A DNA stretch of 64,000 bases, taken from positions 123,318,001 through 123,382,000 of the forward strand of contig NC_042998.1 of assembly GCF_006345805.1 (NCBI RefSeq), in the 5' to 3' direction. The notes under the pieces are model-generated. The model had not been told where the DNA came from. It searched no databases and saw only the letters and a list, made by a program, of their open reading frames with translations. This stretch comes from Octopus sinensis. Lineage: Eukaryota. Positions 41,401 through 54,059 of the stretch are shown here, piece by piece. Position numbers and translations under genes: made by a program. Each line of letters begins with the position of its first letter. Positions within the stretch are counted from its first letter, which is position 1.

Positions 41401-41422
41401 ATTGTATTTTGATAAGCTAATG

Positions 41423-41802
41423 GAAGCATTCCGTCGGTTACGACGATGAGGGTTCCGGTTGATCCGAATCAACGAACAGCCTGCTCGTGAAATTAACGTG
41501 TAAGTGGCTGAGCACTCCACAGACACGTGCACCCTTAACGTAGTTCTCGGGGATATTCAGCGTGACACACAGAGTGACAAGGCCGGCCCCTTGAAAATAC
41601 AGGTACAACAGAAACAGGAAGTAAGAGAAAGTTGTTGTGAAAGAGTACAGCAGGGATCACCACCATCCCCTGCCGGAGCCTCGTGGAGCTTTTTTAGGTG
41701 TTTTCGCTCAATAAACACTCACAACGCCCGGTCTGCGAATCGAAACCGCGATCCTATGACCGCGAATCCGCTGCCCTAACCACTGGGCCATTGAGTCTCC
41801 AC
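41423..41802 (-). mobile_element. tRNA-derived SINE family C, full length, with 15-bp target-site duplication
   Basis: A-box TGGCCCAGTGG and B-box-like GGTTTCGATTC. An identical TTTGATAAGCTAATG lies at 41408-41422 and 41803-41817. CpG-rich. Confidence 0.85.
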
Positions 41803-42846
41803 TTTGATAAGCTAATGAAGTTAGTGTTAGTAACAATGTCAAATGCCATACAACAGAAGTAAAAGTCCCGTGAACTAAACTTACAGCTTGTTCTCGGTTG
41901 TATTTGGACTATAACATGATTATATTTCACATCCGTTTCCTTTTATAATTGTTTTGTTTTGGATTCTAGTAAATATATATAGATCTTAAGTTATTATTAT
42001 CAACTCCGTTATCAACACATATCTCTTAGGGAAATCAGCAGGTTTTCACGGTATCCATATTAACCATATCTAGAGAACAGAAATTGAATAATTTGATTAA
42101 TTTTTATACGGTAACATGAATAGCTTCCTTTCACTTTTTATCGTCAGTTGTATTTCACCGAAGACTTACTATTATGTTCACATTGACACTTATGAAACAT
42201 TTACAAGGATTTATGAGATAAAAATTGAACTTTAACGAACTTAGGGAGAAAAATACAGAGCTGAAGAAGCGAATAGTAGTTCGTTGATGTACACGCACTG
42301 TTGAACAAATACATAGTAATACTAAGAGCAAATACATTGTAATACTGTAAGAATGGTACTGAAGTTTCTGAGAAAGACATCATTTGAAAATGCCAAAAGT
42401 ATCTATGAAATATATTAAACAATGCCAGTTCATACCACAACCGAAGAATATTGAAAATCTGCTGCCTGAAGGTCAGATAGAATAATATATTAAATAATAT
42501 ATCAAGTACTGTATTATGATAATATCCAACTCTACTTCAAATGAAACTGCATTAAAATCATCAACTTCTTTATCAGTATGGTCGTTTCAGCTGTCCTTAA
42601 CGGTAGATATAAATACTTTGTCAGATGTCTACAAGAAGTCATTGAAGAATTTTAACTTTTCTTTCGTGATAATAAATCGTTGCAGCACTCAGCATTGAAT
42701 ACAGTCTTCTGATTCTCGTAATTCTTATTATTGCTGTGTTATTGCCTTATATTTGAAACTTTAAGAATTCTTTTCCAGAAATGTATGGTTTCTACCATCC
42801 TGTACGTATTATATCCCGCATGTGAGCGTGAAGTCTCCAACATATT

Positions 42847-43010
42847 TCTTCTTCTCCTCTTCTTCTTCTTCTTCTTCTTCTTCTTCTTCTTCTTCTTCTT
42901 CTTCTTCTTCTTCTTCTTCTTCTTCTTCTTCTTCTTCTTCTCCTCCTCCTCCTCCTCCTCCCCCTTCCTTTTTCTTTTTCTTTTTCTTCTTCTTCATCGT
43001 CGTCATTATT
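42847..43010. repeat. (TTC)n(CTC)n microsatellite
   Basis: Direct inspection. Confidence 0.95.
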
Positions 43011-44599
43011 GTTAGCTATTTCTTCCCCTCTTCTCCATACACCTACTTCTGTCTGCTGTTCTAAGTCAATCTTACAATGAACACTAATAGTACATATATT
43101 GGTATCTTGTACAGCGTATCCAACTATTTACATTGCACTGTCTTTGTTACATTCTGCCTTCACAATAACTTTATAACCCGAAATAATGTGATATGTCTTT
43201 TTTTTTAAAGCTTTTTGCTGATTCTGGCATCGCTATGTTTATATAAGGCGTCCCAATTAGGAATTTAGCCCGGGGTAATTGCTTTTATATTGGGTAACTT
43301 TCTTTTGCAGAACACTGACCTTCATGATTCATTTTGTTATTTCTTTTCTCAATTTTTGTTTTTAGTTCCGGATTGATACTACCATTTATTTTCGAACAGA
43401 GCTATGCTTTTGCTCATTCACCTATCGTCCTTACTGTAATTAGCTTCTGGATACTTATTAATTGATTCTGTATATGTAGGGAGGTGGCTATGTATTTATG
43501 TCGATACTTTTGTCTGGCGTTGTCTATCATAATGATAATGATGATAATGCTGATGATGATATTCTTCCTCTCCTCCTCCTCCTCCTCCTCCTCCTCCACC
43601 TTATCATCATTATCTTTATCAGCCTTATCATCATCAACATCAACGTCACTATCACCATATTCTCCTCTTTTTCCTTATATGTTTTCTATTATTATATTTG
43701 ATTGTTACAGTGTGTAGATGCATTTTTGATTCCCTACTTGGAACCGGAATTATTGAAGCATTACAAAATCGAATTTTATTAATTGAAGTCTTTATATACA
43801 AAAAATATATCTGCTAAACTAAGGGCTGCTCTCGATGGCCGGATAGACAGCAAAAATGTTTTCTTACACGGAGCACATTTCACGTTCAAAATTCTTACTG
43901 CATAATTATATTGCATGACAAAGATCCACGATGTTTAAATGCACAACACAAAATTATAGTACACAAGTAAGCGTACAAGAAAATGAAGAAATTGAACACT
44001 TTAATGAAAATGTAATTAAAGAAGATGTTCTAAATAGTCATTGGTAATTTAGAAGACAATGACAGTAACAAAAATAACAACACCTCCATAGGTTTCAATC
44101 CTTCGGTCTGGTCACATAGCAACCGAATGAAAACAAACCTCTCATGAATGCAAAATGAATAGATAAAAATTTTAGACCAATTACAGAAAAAAACAGAAGA
44201 AAAGAAAGAGAATTTAGAGGGGAAACGTTTGTAAAATCCAGGTGATATACTACGGAAGATAATCTAGAAGACGATGAAGAGAAAAATTATACTATATTTC
44301 TACTAACGAAAAGATGGAAAGATTATAGGTTTTCCATCGCATTATGGAGTAACGAAAGTATCACAATTGGAAAAGAAAAATACGATAGCAACATTTAAAA
44401 TGCGTACTTTTAAAAATGATAGCACCATTTAAAGGTGTTCCTTTAAAAATGATAATGCAGACAAAACAGGTTAAAATGATCAAATACAGATACTTATATA
44501 TATATACATATATATGTATGAATATACATATATCTATGTGGGCTATATATATATATACTGAGACAGAGAGAGAGAGATTCGTTTTATCTGTTATCACTT

Positions 44600-44800
44600 A
44601 CAGGTTCCAGCCAGTGTGATTGGGTTTCTCTTCTGTATTGACTCTGGTGATGCAGTGCATTGGACAAGCGTCTCTTCTCTGTGTCCTCAGCCGCGATATA
44701 GGTTTACATGATACATCAGATAAACATTTGTCCAGGTATTCTTTGAAAATATCCACGCAAAAGGTTTTCTCTCTTTGACAATTTCTGTATACTTACTTCC
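44600..44800 (-). pseudogene. Old CR1-type ORF2 C-terminus relic
   Basis: Minus-strand DIFKEYLDKCLSDVSCKPISRLRTQRRDA.SNAL resembles VGFFKTKLDLSLSGVPDEPTSRQETQMRAAASNSL of the 18.2-kb LINE. Confidence 0.5.
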
Positions 44801-45751
44801 ATTTGTTATATAATGTATCTTACACACACTTTATATATTTTGTAAAACCTCGAGGAAGCCTCCTATCTTTCCAGTTCATTTTATTCTGAGCTCAAATTCT
44901 TTCATAATTTCGATGTCGATGAAATAATGTACTAGTGAAATGGTGGGATCGAATGAATCAGCTATGTCCTTCACGCAAAATTTGTTGCTTTGTACTAAAA
45001 TTTGTGATAGTTGGTATTATTATTATTATTTCCTAGTTTCGGGCGTCGGGAAAAGGTTTTGTGCTTTTAATGTTTTTATTATTATTATTTTTATTTCCTG
45101 AGTTCATTTATATAAAAACTATTTTGAATTTAATCTTTTTGCAGCTGATAAAATATAGTATCTGGGTCAATCTTACAGACTAAACGCTGCCCTTAAAATT
45201 GTAGGACTGGTGCATATTAGAAACCCCAATGATCTTTGATTAATTTTCTTGTGGTGCCTCGTACCGCTCTCGAGTATTGTCGGCGATGTTTTTCCAATAT
45301 TTTCATTTGATGTCGAAAGCCTAATTACGCAAATTAGTGTACATTAGTGTAAATTAAACTCATAAACAATTTCATGGCGAAATATTAATTCATTATTACT
45401 GGAATTGTTGATTTATTTTTTTCAGAATGGCATAAGTGAGTGTTCGTAGATGGCCGGTAAAATCTATTCATGTTTTTGCTTTATAACACTTTATGCTTGA
45501 AGTTTAAATCCCGACTGTATCGAATTTGACCTTTTGTTATGATCAAACAAATTATTAAAACACCATAATAGTAAACCCTACCTTAGTTGCTTTCTGACAA
45601 TTTCATAAGTCGATATTAATTACATTTATCTACTATTATTTTGCATAATGGATGGAAGAAATTAGCAGAGTAATGAACTACATACTTAATAGCACTTGTT
45701 AACCTAACTTCTCATTCTTAGTTAGTTATATTTCTGGTGTCAGTTATGGGA

Positions 45752-45809
45752 TACCTACCTACCTACCTACCTACTACCTACCTACCTACCTACCTACCTA
45801 CCTACCTAC

Positions 45810-45875
<66 letters not shown>

Positions 45876-45920
45876 GTCTATCTATCTATCTATCTATCTA
45901 TCTATATATATATATATATA
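45752..45920. repeat. (CCTA)n(TCTA)n(TA)n microsatellite
   Basis: Direct inspection. Confidence 0.95.
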
Positions 45921-46479
45921 TGGGTGGTTGGGTGGTTGGGTGTATGTTTGTGTAGTGTGTGGGAGTGTATGTACGTGTGTGTGTAGTCTCCATATGAGGA
46001 AATGAAAACACAAGTAGCTCAATCCTGCTGCCACATACGTGACCTTCCATTAGCAACACTCGGGTGCCTCGTTTGGCCACAGTTTGCAGCAGCTTCACAT
46101 AGTTAGAGCCTAAGGCCCTCTTCAAAGGTGTGGGGATAAATCTTAATATGTGTATTCAGCCAGAATAAATTCAATATCCTTTCCTGCTAGTTACAGCTTC
46201 GTAGTCCCCATTGCAATTTTCCATGTCACATCTTACAGCATTTACAGCGTTAACAAAACTCTTTGCAGCATTCATGAAGACGGCATTTTGTTACATGGCA
46301 CAAATCCTTATGAAAAAGTTATCACTTTTCCAGTATTCAGATGGTTTACAGACCTTCATGTTAGATTCGTTTCTCTCAACTACAAATATGATGTCCAGTG
46401 TTGTTCACTGTTCACCAATACATCAATTTCTTTCTAAAAGAGGAAACATAAAGTTCGTCAAATTTATGCCAAATACCCT

Positions 46480-46546
<67 letters not shown>

Positions 46547-46660
46547 CTGTTTGTGTGTGTGTGTGTGTGTGCGTGTATTCATACATACATATATATATAT
46601 AGATACGCACAGCGCACACACGCACACACATACGTGCGCGCGTACACTCACTCACACACA

Positions 46661-46692
<32 letters not shown>

Positions 46693-46695
<3 letters not shown>

Positions 46696-47190
46696 GGCGT
46701 CCTCACAAAATTGACAATTGAAATGGAATATCTGTGTAACTACATCTCCGAGGCAAACGAAGTTTAATTGGCTTCATGTTGAAAAATAAGAGATTTATTT
46801 CTGAAAATTTGAAGAAGAGAGTCATAGGGTTTTAGATTTTGTAACTTATTTCCCAAAGCTTCGTAAATGTTCAATAGAAACACTCCCTGTGACACGATAC
46901 ACGGTAGGGCAGCTCCTGCCAAAGAAGTTGTAGCATGTCTTGCGTAACTTTCTGCGGCACCTAAGTGATTCTTTGTTTGATTTCCTCTCGGCTTGTAGGA
47001 ATAGGGGAGATATAGACCAGTCCTTTCCCCTAGCTTCTTAGAAAAAACTCCATAATGTTTTAAGTCAAGCGATCGTAGTGGCCATTTCAACAGAACATCG
47101 TCATTATCACTGGTAAAATTTCAGATCACTTGAACCTGAATTGGCTATAGTGTTAGACGCCAAAATGACAACTCTTTGAAGGACACCCTC
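46693..47190 (-). mobile_element. Internally deleted Tc1/mariner-superfamily element
   Basis: Imperfect TIRs CAGGGCGTCCTCACAAAATTGACA and (reverse complement) GAGGGTGTCCTTCAAAGAGTTGTCA, flanked by TA on both sides. Minus-strand KWPLRSLDL is a degenerate WPxxSPDL transposase motif. Confidence 0.75.
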
Positions 47191-47349
47191 TATGTATGTA
47201 TGTATATATGTATGTATGTATGTATGTATGTGTGTATGTATGTATGTATGTATGTATGTATGTATGTATGTATGTATGTATGTATGTGTGTGTGTGTGTA
47301 TGTGTGTGTATGTATATATATATATAAATATATATATATATACATATAA

Positions 47350-47388
<39 letters not shown>

Positions 47389-47395
47389 ATATACA
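47191..47395. repeat. (TATG)n(TA)n microsatellite
   Basis: Direct inspection. Confidence 0.95.
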
Positions 47396-47399
47396 TTAT

Positions 47400-47790
47400 T
47401 CTTTTATTCTGTTAGGTTTTTCAGTCATTTGCCTCCAGCCATGCTGGAGCACCGCCTTTAGTCAAACAAATCGACTCCAGGACTTATTCTTTCCAAGCCT
47501 AGTAATTATTCTATCGGTGTTTTGGCGAACCACTAGGTAACGGGGAAGTAAGCACACCAACATCGGTTGTCAAGTGATGGTAGGGGACGAACACCGACAC
47601 AGAAAGAAACACACACACATATATATTTATATACCACAGGCTTCACTCACTAAATCCACTCACATGGCTTTTGTCGGCCCGAGGCTATAGTAGACGCTGG
47701 CTCCATGTGACACGCAGTGGAACTGAACACGGAAGTATGTGGTTGGTAAGCTACTAGCTAACTATCACACAGCAACTCCTGCGCCTATGT
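47400..47790 (-). mobile_element. SINE family B copy
   Basis: Reverse complement matches 56748-57135 from head to tail. Confidence 0.85.
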
Positions 47791-47812
47791 ATATATATAT
47801 ATATATATATAT

Positions 47813-47910
47813 ACAGGGGTTGGACTAAAATATTGGAAACACCTAGCATCATACCATCATAATTTTGAAATGTCTATAAAACCGTCAGCTTGTATATTTT
47901 TGTTTCTCGA
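47813..47910 (+). mobile_element. Possible Tc1-like terminal fragment
   Basis: TA|CAGGGGTTGGACTAAAATATTGGAAACACC begins at the end of a (TA)n tract, like Tc1/mariner termini. No partner TIR found. Confidence 0.4.
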
Positions 47911-48083
47911 GGGAAGTCACATAATCTCAGCGAAAGTTATTACTTAGTTCCTGAACGAACTGTTAGGCTCACTTCCTTCAAAGTTATATAAACGTCAAAG
48001 CAGATATCATCAAATATTAGAATATATATGTGTGTGTAAGTGTATGTGTGTTTGTTTATGTATATGTGTATTGTGTGCATGTA

Positions 48084-48142
<59 letters not shown>

Positions 48143-48582
48143 GAGGGTATTATTACACATAAATGCCACACGCTAGGAGGGACTCTTAAAGTCAAAACTA
48201 CTAAAATCAATAAACATGTCGTACCGAAAATAACTCTAGAATTAAGGAATTTAAAAACAGAATTCAGCTGTATATCGCATATGATTTCGTAATCAGTATA
48301 GTGGTATGCACTCTTTACACCTCAGTGCAAGCATAATTCAAGATTTATAACGAATGAACAAAAACAACATACCAGACGAACAACCATCGTACCCAACGCA
48401 GCATGTATACATGTTAACCCCTTATACATCTATATAAATGGCGGGCCTTTTCGAATTGCATTTCGGTTACAACGTGTTTATTTGGAATAAAAATTCACTA
48501 TTGAATATACTCCGGTGACATCTACAATTTAAAAATAGGATAAAATCATTATAAGAATTTACCAAGTAGTTTAGTAAATAGT

Positions 48583-48855
48583 ACATGACCTTGCAGTTGG
48601 GGTCCAGTTAGAATTTTCTTTTGGTTGAGTAACCCATCTCGCTGAATAAGGGTTGTTTCAGGATGTGGAATAAAATACCCATGTTTCCAGAGGTGAATTA
48701 TTCAAACCCCCAAAATCCCTCTCAACACATAGCTATGATGCTTCCCCAATATTTCTGCTCGTGATCAGAGATGCGCATATCATCAGCCATTAAGGGACAC
48801 GCTCAACTGATTAAGGTCAAATAACTGACAAGCAAATCTATGGTATCGGGCAGAA
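48583..48855. repeat. Partial diverged copy of an unclassified interspersed element
   Basis: Aligns with 49133-49410 (catgaccttgc...ctatgatgct...cagagatgc.catatc...aaggtcaaa...gcagaatatt). Confidence 0.8.
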
Positions 48856-48881
48856 TATTATCATTATTATTATTTTTATTA

Positions 48882-48944
<63 letters not shown>

Positions 48945-48975
48945 TATTATTATTATTATCATTATTATTATTATT

Positions 48976-49524
48976 CTTGAGTGAAAGAGCAGTGCATGCC
49001 ATCAAAGAACACTGGGGAATATACGAAACCCAGTATAACAATCATGACTACCTGTCTGATAAGGGTACATCAGGCAGATGCATCACAACCATATGTGCGA
49101 AACAGGGTGAACTCATATCAAGAAAAACAGCGCATGACCTTGCGGGTGGGGCCAAATTAGAATTTTCTTCTCGTTGAGTAGTCCATCCCGCTCAGAAATT
49201 CCCTGAATAAGGATTAAAGATGTTAAATGAACCATCCATGTTTCCAAAGGCGAACTATCCATCCTCTAAGAATTCCTTTCAACACGGCTATGATGCTCCC
49301 CCACTACTTCTGCTTGTAGTCAGAGATGCACATATCGTCAGCCAGTAAGGGACATGGTCAGCTGTTTAAGGTCAAACAACTAACTAGCTAATCTCATGTA
49401 TTGAGCAGAATATTTGCTGTAGCCCATCTTTTATACCAAGACAAATCAATGTACATGATAACACTTCCATTCAGTTAAGAGCAGAAGCCATAAGAGCCAC
49501 CGTCTGGTACTGCATCAGGGCATT
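48976..49524. mobile_element. Unclassified non-coding element of about 550 bp embedded in (TTA)n
   Basis: Bounded by (TTA)n on both sides (about 48856-48975 and 49525-49596), with a partial copy immediately upstream and no ORF. Confidence 0.65.
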
Positions 49525-49539
49525 TATTATTATTATTAA

Positions 49540-49596
<57 letters not shown>

Positions 49597-52500
49597 TTTT
49601 TTTTCTTCTTTCAAATTTGCTTCCATTTCTTGCCGAGTGTCTTCCCGACTCCTAGGTCAAAGAAACTCCTAGTATACATTGGTAGGCCATTAAACCAAAC
49701 TCAGTAGTTCGTTCATTTTTTTTTTTTTAAGTTAAATTAAAATACATGAGCAGCAACAGTTCTCACATCGACAATGCTCTTCTCAATACGTGTGATGTAC
49801 CAGTTAAGACAATCTTTTGCACTTCTTGCAGGGATGGTAAGCCAGGGATCATTCTCATATAATTTTCGGTTCCCTTCTTGATCATTCCTAGTGCTCCTAC
49901 GATCACTGGTATTGTAACCGCCTTCAGATGCCACATTTTCTCAATTTCAATGAGTAGGTCTTTATATTTTCTGAGCTTGTCAAACTCTTTCGCTGAGATA
50001 TTATGATCACAGGGGATGCTCATGTCGATCAATAAGCAAACTTTATTGTTTTGGTCTTTCACAACAATATCTGGTTTATGGCCTTGATGGTTCGGTCTGT
50101 ATGTACTGGAAAGTCCCACAGAATGGTTACATTTTCTCCTTCAGTTACAGCCTCAGGGTGGTGATTATACCACTTGTCGGCAGTTTTGATATTGTAATGC
50201 CGACTTATTAGCCAGTGGAGATATTGGCCAACTCTGTCATGTCTTAATTTACTCCCTGGGCTAAGACTTTACATCAAACAAATCCAGAAATTAGGTGTCC
50301 ACTGTTTCAATCATGTCGTTGCAGAATCGGCATTTTGGGTCTGCTCCATTTTTCATCACATTGGCCTGGGAGTTCCGGGTTATTAGGCTTTGATCTTGAG
50401 CAGCCAGGATGAAACCTTCGCTCTCTGCTTTTAGCCCTGAGCTCCGTAGCCACTGATGGGTTTGCTTCTGGTCAACATCAGCTTGTTTGCTGCGGGTCAC
50501 ATATTTGCCGTGCAGAGGTTTCTCCTCCCACCTATCAGCCAATTGCTCGTGCGCTTTTTTCATTGCCATCATTTTCACCTTCTTTGCAAACATAGTTGCC
50601 GTACTTCCCTGGGTTGTTTAGTTTGGGTATCCTGCACGAGATCAATAGCACATTTTTTGCTTTCCTTTATGATAGAATGAAGTTTCTTTCGTCTCTCGTG
50701 ATTTCCACGAGCTTAGCATCCAGTCATTCGATATTCGAGATATTTGGCCAGTCCAATTGTGGTTGTTTTGTAAGCTAGTTCAAACTGGATCAGCCTCGAC
50801 CTCCTTGGGCTCTGGGAAGGTAAAGGCGATCTACGTCTGCCTTTGGGTGGTGCATCCTATTACAACTCAGCAGCTTGCGTATTTTTCTATCTATTCTTTA
50901 CTTCTCTCATATTCCAGTTCAACACATTGTAGCTATAAGTAACAACTGGAACTGCTAAGGAATTTATAGCTAACACCTTGTTACGTGCATTTAGTTCAGA
51001 TTTCAGGACTGCACGAACTCTCCTATAACATTCCTTCCTGATTTTCTCTTTCATGCTTGCATGCTGAATACCAGAGCCTTCATTATCCCTAAATATTTGT
51101 ATTTTGTTTCTTGCTCAAGCTCTCTATGACTGTCAACATCTAACACGACTGAATTTGTGGTCTTCACTTTCCCTTTCTGGAAAGTGGCCTTGGCACACTT
51201 CTCAAGTCCAAACTCCATCCCGATGTCATCGCTGAATGCTTTCACGTGTGCAATAGGCCTTCAAGTTCATTATTGTCTTTACCATAAAGTTTTAAGTCAT
51301 CCATATAAAATAGAGGGCTTATTTTTTATTGGCAATTTTATACATACCCTGTTCTGTTTAATTCACTTGTAAGGGGTATTAGGGCTATGCAGAATATTAA
51401 AGGTGAAAGTGAGTCACCTTGAAACATTCCACAGTTGATGTTTATATTTTCTGAGGCAAGTACTCCATTAGAGTGGTATAATTGGAGATTCGTATTCCTC
51501 AATGACATATTGTGCTTCAGGAAGTTTGAAATCACAGGGGAAATGTTGAAGATGTCCAGCGATCTCAAGATCCATGGATGCGGTATACTGTCGAAGGCCT
51601 TTTTGTAGTCAATCCATGCGGTGCTGAGATTTCTGCGCTTGTTGTGACAGTTCTCAAGGATCATACGATTGATTAGAAGTTGATCTTTGCATCCGTAAGA
51701 GCCTCGGCGGCACCCTTTTTGTTCAATGGGGAAAATATCGTTCTTCTCCATGAATGCATGTGTTTTCTCCGCCAGGATAGATGTTAGGATTTTATACGTG
51801 GTGGATAGACAGGTTATAGGCCGATAGTTTTTTGGAAGGTTGGTTTCGTTATTCTTTGGGAGTAGGTAAGTAATGCCACTTGCTAACCATTCAGGTGTTT
51901 TCTTTGGGTCTCTCATAATTCCATTGAGCAACTGAACTAGCTTACCGTGTGCGAGCCAGAAATTCGGCACCCTATCTTTACCGGGGGATTTCCAATTATG
52001 GGCCTTCGTGAGTGCCTTTCTTAGGTCTGCTATTGTGATGTCTTCCCATGCTTGTTGTTGTAAATTTTGGTAGGATCCTTCAGTTTGTATAATCCAGTCT
52101 GCATTTATGTTGTACGTCTTCTTGTCACTCCAAATCCTTTTCCAAAAGTTTTGAACTTCTTCCATGGGAGGGGGGTCTTTAACGGTTATTTTCTCCTTCC
52201 CTATTTCTCTGTAGAATTTTTTGGCATTGGATGTGAACAGCTTATTTTGCTTGTAAAACTTGTTTCTCTTCTCAAATCTTCGTATTCTTTGGGCTTTTGC
52301 TTGGACTTTTTGTTTCAGCGTTTCTTTTATTGATATCAGTTCTTCTCTTGGTGAGGATCCAAATTTTCTCTTCATCTTTCTTCCTGTTCTGGATCTTACA
52401 TCATTTCCACATATTAGTTCATTTAATATTGATATTTCCCCTCTCATAAATTCAATCTCTTTTTCAATTTTACTTCTCCAGGTTTGATTTCTTTCCAGGT

Positions 52501-53550
52501 TTTGTTTTCTTTGTTTTTTCGGGGGCATACAGCTGGTTTCAATTGCCCTAGCAGAAGCGTAAATAATTTCATTTAACTCAGTAAAATCAGGTTTTAATTC
52601 TCGTATTATTTCATTTGTTACATAGTTGCCAATTTGGATTTGTTTTTTTATTTTGGTTTGTATTTGAGAGTTTATGAAGTGGTTCTATATCATTCATACT
52701 TGTATGTCTTACAACTTCAAGCGTATTCAGGATTTTCTGCCTCATTTCTGCCATAGACTCTCTGTGTTCTTCAGCAAATGCGAGATCTTCAGTTATTGTT
52801 GTTTTTTCGTTTTCCTGGCTATCTTTAACAGGTACAACTTCAAGCGTATTCAGGATTTTCTGCCTCATTTCTGCCATAGACTCTGTGTGTTCTTCAGCAA
52901 ATGCGAGATCTTCAGTTACTGTTGTTTTTTCGTTTTCCTGGCTATCTTTAACAGGTACAATAGAATTTCTTGTATCTTCATGCCTTTGCGTACTTTGGTC
53001 AGATGGCAGTCTTTCAATTAAGCCTCGTGGCGGGCTATACTGTTCATCTGATTCTTCATTTCCTTTGTGTCTTATGTTTATGTCATTTTCCGTTGCGTGC
53101 TTGATCGCGCTTATTTCACTGTCTGTGAGTCTGTTATTTCTAAGGATATCCCTCCTCATATTTGCTAATTTGTTCTCGTCCAAATAGGGCCTACTGTCTT
53201 GATTCCGTGTTCTCCATATACTGTAAGAGTTTGCGGTGTGTCTCTCTTGAGATGGCCTACCTAATGCATAGTAATAAGCGTATATTACTTCTTTATACTC
53301 TTCTCGGGTCCATTTGTTCCGCTTACATTTTTCTTTCTGTGGTGGTTGTGGTGGTGAACTTGGAGGGCTCGAGTTAGGGGATTTCCCGTTCAAGTGACCA
53401 TCCATGTCCGTATTCGGAGAAGAGTTTGTGCCAGTTGATGACTTTTCGATCCCAGGCTGGTTCTTCCCTGGGGGACGCGCTTCCAGATTAACCATAGGAC
53501 AAGCGATTTGGTATACTGATTTAGTTTTCCTTTTAGTTTCCAAAAACATT
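49597..53550 (-). mobile_element. Near-full-length R4/Dong-clade non-LTR retrotransposon (RT + RLE), frameshifted
   Basis: N-terminal KWTREEYKEVIYAYY...LDENKLANMRRDI. RT motifs NWKSPGKD, NYRPITCL, WIDYKKAFDSIPH, GMFQGDSLSP, YMDD. CRFC...RHD zinc motif, HKPDIVV...IDMSIP RLE, ending HVLRRALSM. The 3' end abuts (TAA)n. Confidence 0.9.
52710..52960. repeat. In-frame 123-bp tandem duplication inside the Dong-like ORF
   Basis: Units start at 52710 and 52833, are nearly identical, and end in the shared TACAA at 52956-52960. Confidence 0.95.
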
Positions 53551-54059
53551 TTGGTGCTACGATAATGTTATCAATTTTTAGCTTTGATTGGCTCGTGGGG
53601 AGACGGCCATCATTGCCGTTACAATTATAATCGTACCATTATAGAGCAGTCGCCGTTAGTCGGCATTTTATTGTTATTTTCATCACCATTACCATCACTA
53701 TCATCATTATCACCACCATTACCATCATCATTATCATCATCACCATCACCATCACCACCATCATCATCAATGATATTGTTTTATGTGTAGTCACAGCAGT
53801 ATCTTATTGTTATTTTTGTTTTTTTATCATTATCACCATCACAGTAGTGTCTGTCAGTCTCGTTGGCTGGCTTGGTGGTTGGCTGGCTGACTGTCTTCAA
53901 CACCAGAGTTCTTGCCTGTCAAATAATACTTTCTTTGTGTTGGTTGAACTCTTTGAGTGTGTGTGTGTGTAGATAGATAGATAGATTATCAGCACTATTA
54001 CTATCATTATTATCATCATCACCATCATCACCATCACCATCAGTGATATTTTTTTTTTA

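Noticed and set aside
41725-41802. tRNA gene-like sequences here and at 35374-35436 and 56748-56830
   Set aside because: There is no complete cloverleaf or acceptor stem, and they continue into SINE bodies, so they are SINE heads.
42100-42720. Hydrophobic minus-strand frames resembling a Cys-loop receptor TM region, and a plus-strand hAT dimerisation-like stretch
   Set aside because: Both need several stops or frameshifts, and the diagnostic motifs are not convincingly present.
53440-53660. HDV-like ribozyme at the Dong 5' end
   Set aside because: Only a CCCAGG/CCTGGG hairpin is present; no P1/P1.1/P3/L3 arrangement could be built.
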